A DNA stretch of 64,000 nt. It comes from Eledone cirrhosa (Eukaryota). Position 1 is the stretch's first letter. The number at the start of each line of letters is the position of its first letter. Below are positions 55,459 to 64,000 of the stretch, one piece after another. Under the pieces are notes generated by a model. That model was not told the origin of the DNA. It searched no databases and was given only the letters and a program-made list of their open reading frames with translations. The stretch is from the NCBI GenBank assembly GCA_964016885.1, contig OZ024741.1, positions 138,012,001-138,076,000 of the forward strand, read 5' to 3'. The position numbers were made by a program, and so were the translations under genes.

Positions 55459-58400
55459 CGTTTAACGTCCGTGTTCCACGCTTGCATGGGTTTGGACGGG
55501 GGTTTTCCCACTTGAGGCAAGAGTGATTGTCTTGCTCGCATAGGACTGTCTGGCGGGTTTTCTACAGCTGGATGCCCTTCCTAACACCAACCACATTTAC
55601 AGTGTGGGACTGGGAGGTTACCGTGTTGCCTACACGGCCACATTACAGCGTGGAATGTGTGTTTTTTGTCGTGACCCCTACACGATCTCATTTGTTTCGG
55701 CCTGGATGTTGTGGCACCAACATAACTTTAAATTGAAAGGGGCGGTGTGGATGGGGTCGGGGTGGTGGTACGGGGTGTATTTTGTTAGAGATGCCTACTG
55801 ACTGTAGTAGGTTTTACTTTGTATTTAGGTAAGGCGGGTCTTCTCTATTACCGAGTACCGCCAAAGGTCTCGGTCCAGTGACATTGTCTTGGAGAGGTGT
55901 AAGTGTGTGAGGTCGGAATTTATCAGCTCGTCCCAGGTTTTTCTGGGTCTGCCTAATCCGTAGCTACCGTCTATCTTTATTGCCCTGCACTTTGTTATAC
56001 AGCTGTCGTATTTCATGCGCATCACGTGACCATACCAAAGTAGCCTTCTCTCGAGTAAACAACATCTGATCCCTCTTATTTTTTCCTTAGTTCGCTTATG
56101 CTTTGCCGTTCACGTATGTTACTATTACACATCCAGCGGAGCATGCAAGCTTCGTTCCTCTCTAGTCTGCGTATATCCTCTGCACACAATGCCCAGGTCT
56201 CACTGCCATGCAACATTGCTGTTCGTATGCAGGCATCATACAACCTGCCTTTCATTTTTAGTGAGAACCCTTTAGTGGCTAATAGTGGTATAAGCTCTCT
56301 GAACTTTTTCCATCCAGTTCTGACTCTAGTTACTGTACTTTCAGAGCACCCTCCCCCACTGCTGATTTTGTCACCCAGGTAACGGAAGCTATCCACTATT
56401 TCTATAGAACCCTCTGCGCAATTGAAAGAGCTAGTATTTTGTGGGCATTTGCTGCTACTTATTGCACCAGAGCACCGGCCACATGTAAAATCTATGTTCT
56501 TAGTTAGCTTACCTGTGATCCCACTACATCTTTTATGCACCCATACTTTGCATTTGAGACATAAAATGGAGTTTCTACCTACGCCTTTCCTACACACTGA
56601 GCATGGCCATTTCCCGGAAGGGACCGTCACCTTAGTTTCTTTCCTACAAACTAGAACTTTAGTCTTAGCCAGGTTAATTTTAAGCCCTTTTGATTCTAGG
56701 CCATGCTTCCATGTTTGGAATTTCTTCTCTAGCTCGGCCACTGATTCAGCTATGAGCGTTAGATCATCTGCGTATAGGAGTTCCCATGGGCAGCCGGTCT
56801 TTAACTCCACTGTTATAGCCTGAAGGGCAATAATAAATAGTAGAGGGCTAAGAACAGAGCCCTGATGTACACCAACTTTTACACTAAACTCTTCACTATA
56901 TTCGTTGTTAATTCTAACCTTGCTGACTGTTTCTTTATACATGGCTTGTATAACTCTCACAAGCCATTCGTCAACACCTAGTTTTCTAAGAGCCCACCAG
57001 ATAATGGAACGGGAACTCTGTCGAAGGCTTTCTCCAAGTCAACAAAAGCTAAGTATAAGGGTTTACTTTTAGCTAGGTACTTCTCCTGTAGTTGTCGTAC
57101 AGTGAAAAGAGCGTCTGTGGTACTTTTTGCTGACACAAAACCGAACTGCATTTCATCTAGATCAATTCTCTCTCTGATTAGTTGCGCTATAACTTTTTCC
57201 GTGACCTTCATAACCTGGTCGATTAATTTAATGCCTCTATAGTTACTCCTATCTAGGGCATCTCCTTTACCCTTGTAACAGTTAATGATGATGCTGCTAC
57301 GCCAGTCCTTCGGAACAACCCCATTCTGTATGACATGGTTTACTATCCGGGTGACCATGGTGTGTCACACCGCTCCAGAGGCTTTCAGCATCTCAGCAAC
57401 TATTTCCGAAGGCCCAGCCGCCTTACCCATCTTCATATCTTTGATTGCCTTACTTATTATACTACCTTCGACTAACACTGCCGGTCCCTCTATTAGGTCG
57501 ATGTGGGGGAGACTGTCTTTCTCCCATTTATTCTCCTCATTTAGAAGCCTTTCGTAGTGACACTTCCAAGCTACCTTCTTATCAGCGTCAGTGATGGCAA
57601 GTACACCATCATCATTAAGTACACACTTCTCCCCGACAATATCACGGTTTTCCTTGACACATTGCCTAGCAATCCTGAACACCTCACGTTTTTGGTCCTC
57701 ACGTTGTAGAACATGCTTGAACTTTCTTTCCTCTGCTTCTCTTCTTGCGAAGTACACTTGTCTCCTAGCTTCCCTCCTGGCCACTTGATAGTCTTCTCTA
57801 CTTCCCCCATCCCGCCATACTTTCCAAGCCTGCTTTTTGGCCTTAATTAACTCCTCCACCTTACTGTTCCACCACCATGTTACTCTCCTCCTACCTACAG
57901 GCCTGCTCCAGCCACAGACTTCGTCTGCCGCCGTCAGCAGGTTTGCTTTCAGGAATTCCCACTGTTCCTCTATATTATCTGACTCTAATTGCTCTTCCTT
58001 ACTGTCGAAAGCATCAAGTAACATGCTTTGGAATTTATTTCTGGCTGTGGGGTCCTTTAACTTCCATATGTTTCTCCTGAGGATAGTCATCTGCTGTTGT
58101 CTAGTACGTCTCGTTCTGACTATGAGGTCGCTAATTAGTAGTCTATGTTGGGAGGTGCATTCCTCATGGGGGAGGTATTTATTGTTTACAACAGACACTC
58201 TATCACGTCCTCTGGTAAGGATATAATCGACCTGGCTGGTATGTTCCCCCGATCTGTAGGTGATCAAGTGATTGTCTCGTTTTTTGAAGTTAGTGTTACA
58301 GATAGTTAGGTTATTTGCATCACAGAATTCCAGGATTCTGGAGCCTTCCTCATTTCTAATACCAAACCCATAGCCTCCGTCATAGCCGTCACAATGTTGA

Positions 58401-58878
58401 CCAACGTGGCCATTTAGGTCGCCTGCAATAATTATATAGTCACTGTCGGTTATTTGGGAGGTAGTGAGCATCAGTGTCTCATAGAATCTGTCTTTTATAG
58501 CGCCAGGGAATCCGGATTGGGGCGCGTATGCCGATATTACTGTCACATTTTTCTGCTAACATGATTCCTACCCCCCCACCCCATTGTTATTTCCCACCCA
58601 GAAGAGCTTATAGCAACGTTTTTTACCCACAATGAATCTAGCAGACCCGCCCCTCCACCTGGTCTCTTGGATACAGCAAACATCAACCTCCTTATATTCA
58701 AGCATTTCTACAACCTCGTTAGAGCGGCCTTTTAAGGTGCCTACATTTATGGTACCAACTCTGAAGTTTTGGATTGTGTTTGGAGGATGGGGCGCAGGGA
58801 TTGGTGAGGGGGATGGGGTTGGGGCTATGTTGGCCATCCGCGATCGAAACAAAGAGGAGAGGGACTTCCCCTTTCGTC

Positions 58879-58881
<3 letters not shown>
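55459..58881 (-). mobile_element. RTE-clade LINE (APE endonuclease + RT + PHD finger), frameshifted
   Basis: [81 protein letters not shown]. 3'UTR GGATGCCCTTCCT motif and (GAT)n tail. Confidence 0.93.
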
Positions 58882-60220
<1,339 letters not shown>

Positions 60221-60997
60221 ATGAGGGAGCTTATAGATAGGACAACACACGCTGTCTTTTCGTGGAGTAAGTTTTTAATACATTTTTGTATTCTGAAACA
60301 TCAAAATACAACAACTTTTTGGTCACTGGACTCGGGAATGTCACGACAGAAGTTTGTGGAAGTTACACAAATATTTTAGCAGAGCAATCCTTATTTATAT
60401 TTTACATTTTACATTTACTTACATCTCAATATAACATGCCTAAAATTCAAATTTTGCAAAGAGATGAAAACGGTCAAATGAACTAGATACATCTCACTGT
60501 CCCCACCACCACAATAACGTCTACACTCTCTCCCCACCATCACATGTCATTACCATACCATACCCTATCTAGACTAAAGTCATCGACTTGTTGTCAAACT
60601 CTCTACTCTCTGTTGAATGTGTATATATATATATATGTGTGTGTGTATGTATATGTGTGTATATATATATCACTCAGTCAAACGACCAGATTTCAACCCC
60701 AACATCTACAACAACAACAAAACCGGCACTAATGTTTACAGCAACAACAGCTTCAGAATGAACTGAAATGAACATTTACAACAACAACAACAGCGGATTC
60801 AAAACATAAAAAAGGAAGGGAAAAGAAAAGAAAAAAAAAGGGAAGAAAAAAAACAAAAAAAAACTCAAAATAACAAAACACACACACACACAACACAACA
60901 ACATCAACTGCCACCACCACCACCACCACCACCACCGCCGCCATCACCATCACCAGCGACCGGGCCTTAAGAAAACAACTTTAATAATCATTTTTTT

Positions 60998-61140
60998 GCT
61001 TTTGGCACGGATCCAGCGACTGGTCCAGCGCATCACTGGTATTCTCTTTTGTTGACTCCGTGGGGATGAAGGGCAAGGTTGATCACAGCGGGATTTGAGC
61101 TCAGAGCGTGGGGAGCCATAACTCTATGCTGTAAAGCAAT
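60998..61140 (-). mobile_element. Old degenerate SINE S1-related copy
   Basis: GGCACGGATCCAGC..GGATGAAGGGCAAGGTTGA..GGGATTTGAGCTCAG. Confidence 0.7.
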
Positions 61141-61399
61141 TGTAATAATACTGGACTGTAATACGATCGGCTTCAACTATACAAACTCTTGAAAGTCAAC
61201 AGTTGACATAATCTTGTAATCTTGTATCAGTAATGACGGTAATATATATATGTGTATGTGTGTGTGTGTGTAAGTGAGTAGAGTAGCGTGTGTGTGTGTT
61301 TGTCTGTATTTATGTGTTGCTGTGTGCGCGCATATGTATGCGTGTGTGTGTATGTCGTACGTATAAGTGTCAATAAGTGAGTTTTTTTTTTTTTTTTGC

Positions 61400-64000
61400 G
61401 CGGGGACATAGACATAATCGGGATGGATGTCCGATCGCGCAGTTAAACCACTGGGAGTGAAGAACCCCTAGCCCTTGTCAGGGCATTCTTCTAGGAGAAG
61501 GCATCTCAGGAAACTGGGTTAACTCCGATATAAAACCTGCGGCTCAGTAGTTACCGATGATGTTGATCTTTTCTTCTTTTCGGGTTATAGCTACTGTCGC
61601 TCAGAGAGTGGGATTGGCTCAGTGGGATTGGCTCAGTGCACAGTCCTTCCTCACTTTAAAAATATACGTCACGCACAGGCATTGCACGAGTGCATTAATA
61701 ATTATTAATAGTGTACTACTATTATTATTATTATTATTATTACTATTATTATTACTTTTTTTTTTTTCTTTTTTGTTTTTTCCAAATTCAATGATGTTCC
61801 AGAACAATGTAAAAGAGATAATTGGCAATTTAGGTTCTGGAACAAAAAAGATCATTGGCAATAAGGGCAGGGGCCCCAAGTTATCACAGCTTGGGCCCGC
61901 TCGTCATCGTGCCATTGTAATAGAGCCAAACAAGGCATTTAGTCTTGGCTGCTGGAACGTACGGACGCTGCTTGACAGGGATTCCTTGGAGCGTCCTGAA
62001 CGAAGGACCGCTCTTGTTGCAAAGGATCTTCGACGTTACGATCTTGAGATCGTGGCTTTATCTGAGACGAGGTTAGCTGGAGATGGTCATCTTACGGAAT
62101 TTTGTGGAGAATATACATTCTTCTGGAAAGGAAGAGATGAAGGAACCAGAAGAGAGGCTGGGGTAGGATTTGCTGTTAAGACTGTACTTGTGAATAAATT
62201 AGAAGAATTCCCAGTAGCGATTAGTGAGCGTCTTATGTCCATGAGAGTTCCGCTGGACAAAGGAAGATATGCTACCCTGGTGAGTTTGTATGCTCCAACT
62301 ATGAATTCTGTCGATGAAGAAAAACTGTCCTTTTACCATGCCTTGAAAGGTGTTCTAAGAAATATCCCTCAGGCAGAAAAAGTCATCGTGCTTGGTGACT
62401 TCAATGCTAGAGTGGGTAGGGATTTTAACACATGGAATGTAATCGGAAGGCATGGGGTGGGAAAGTGTAACAGCAATGGTATGCTCCTGCTGCAGATGTG
62501 TGAGGAGCTGGATCTGTGTGTTACCAACACCATGTTCCAACAAAAGAACAAATTCAAGACCACATGGATGCATCCTGCATCTAAGGAATGGCATCTTTTG
62601 GACTACGTCCTAGTCAGGATGCGTGACAGACAGGATGTGCAGTGTGTTCGTGTTCTTCGTGGAGCTGAGTGTCGGACGGACCACCGCCTGGTACGCACAA
62701 AAGTGAAACTAATCACCAAACGTAAAATCCGGGCTCCTGGTGTTACCCTGCCCAAAAGATTGAATGCTGCTCGTCTTAAGGATAACAATGTGAAGAGGAC
62801 ATTGGAAGAAGAGATGCAGGCTGCAGATCTTGGTGAGGATTGGCCGACCCTTAAAAAGTCGGTTTATGATGTAGGCAGGCGTGTTCTGGGATTGGTGCAG
62901 AGAAAACATCAGGACTGGTTTAATGAAAATGATGTACATATAGAAGACTTGTTGGCTGATAAGAGGCGTGTTCTGTCACGCTACTTGACGGCAAAACCAC
63001 AGGAGAGGAATACGTTGCATGAGGAGCTCAGGGATGTAAAATCACGTGTTAGGCGGAGTCTTTCTCAGATGAAGGATCAGTGGTGGAAGGAGAAGGCTGG
63101 TGAGATACAAACTGCGTCTGATTCCAATAACACAAAGCTGTTGTACAGTCTCTTGCGTGAGGTTTATGGACCGTCTTCTTCTCTGGTGACACCGCTTCGC
63201 AGCAAGGATGGCAAAGAACTTCTTCGTGACTCACAGGGAATTCTACGAAGGTGGCGAGAGCACTTTGATGATCTTTTGAATCAGCCGTCTGTCGTCAGTG
63301 AAGATTTCCTCAATCTGATTCCAGAAAGTCCTGTGAAAGTAGCTCTCGCAGAACCTCCGACGCTTGTGGAGGTTGCAGTGGCTATTTCGAAGCTGAACAG
63401 TGGAAGATCTCCAGGTATGGATGGCATACATGCTGAGCTCCTACAATATGGTGGTGAGAGACTCCTGCAACATCTGCACTCTTTGTTTGGAAGGATATGG
63501 GCTAATGAATCCGTACCTGAGGACTGGAGAGATGCAGTAATGGTAGTGTTGTACAAGGAAAAGGGTAACAGGAATGATTGTGGGAACTACAGAGGTATAT
63601 CATTGCTTTCTGTCGTAGGGAAAGTTTTATGTAGGGTGCTTCTGGACCGTCTGCTGACACACATTGCAGATTGTGTTCTTCCTGAAAGTCAATCTGGTTT
63701 TCGTGCTGGACGCGGCACTACTAGACAGCTCCAGGAGAAGTGCATTGAACAAGGCTTGGATCTGTATCAGGTTTTTGTCGATCTGACAAAGGCTTTCGAT
63801 ACTGTCAACAGAAGGTTCTCCAGAAACTTGGTTGCTCTGATAAGTTCCTTGCTTTAGTTAGGTCTTTCCATGACGACATGAAGGCTTGGGTTAATGTCGG
63901 AGGTAACATGTCGGAGCCTATCTCAGTAACAAATGGAGTGAAACAGGGGGATATTCCAGCACCGACCCTGTTTGCCATATACTTTGCAATGGTTTTCTGT
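61400..64000 (+). mobile_element. RTE (BovB-like) LINE, endonuclease + RT, running off the window end
   Basis: ORF 61557-63857 (credible coding from ~61930): GCWNVRTL, RRTALVA..L.RY, ALSETR, LYAPT, LGDFNARVG, LLDYV, TDH, SPGMDGI, NYRGISLLS, ESQSGFR, FVDLTKAFDTV, GVKQG. The 5' boundary is approximate. Confidence 0.93.

Noticed and set aside
61400-61660. HDV-like ribozyme in the RTE 5'UTR
   Set aside because: Could not assemble the nested double pseudoknot by eye; needs a descriptor search

Overview
Eukaryotic, AT-rich, repeat-saturated window with no confidently identifiable host gene. The repeat repertoire and microsatellite load suggest an octopus-like cephalopod, but this is inference. It contains three R4/Dong-type RLE LINEs plus 3' fragments and two tandem L1/Tx1 LINEs. 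It also has two large RTE LINEs (one with a PHD finger inside ORF2) and a short RTE 3' end, four Penelope-like elements (PLEs) with RT and/or GIY-YIG coding remnants, about 10 copies of one tRNA-derived SINE, a Tc1/mariner relic, many microsatellites and a 200-N gap. Most short ORFs in the track are microsatellite or antisense artefacts. The main unannotated signal is a dense set of type I hammerhead ribozyme (HHR) motifs, about 18 copies (intact, decayed or partial) from about 8 unrelated sequence families. They lie in inverted or tandem PLE-type repeats inserted in (TA)n. They include U3-A8 catalytic-core variants and an ORF-less 420-nt tandem-HHR (retrozyme-like) unit. A second signal is a SINE that inserts specifically at ATTAT sites and shares its 3' end and orientation with the Tx1 LINEs. 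All RNA structures were read by eye and none was computed.
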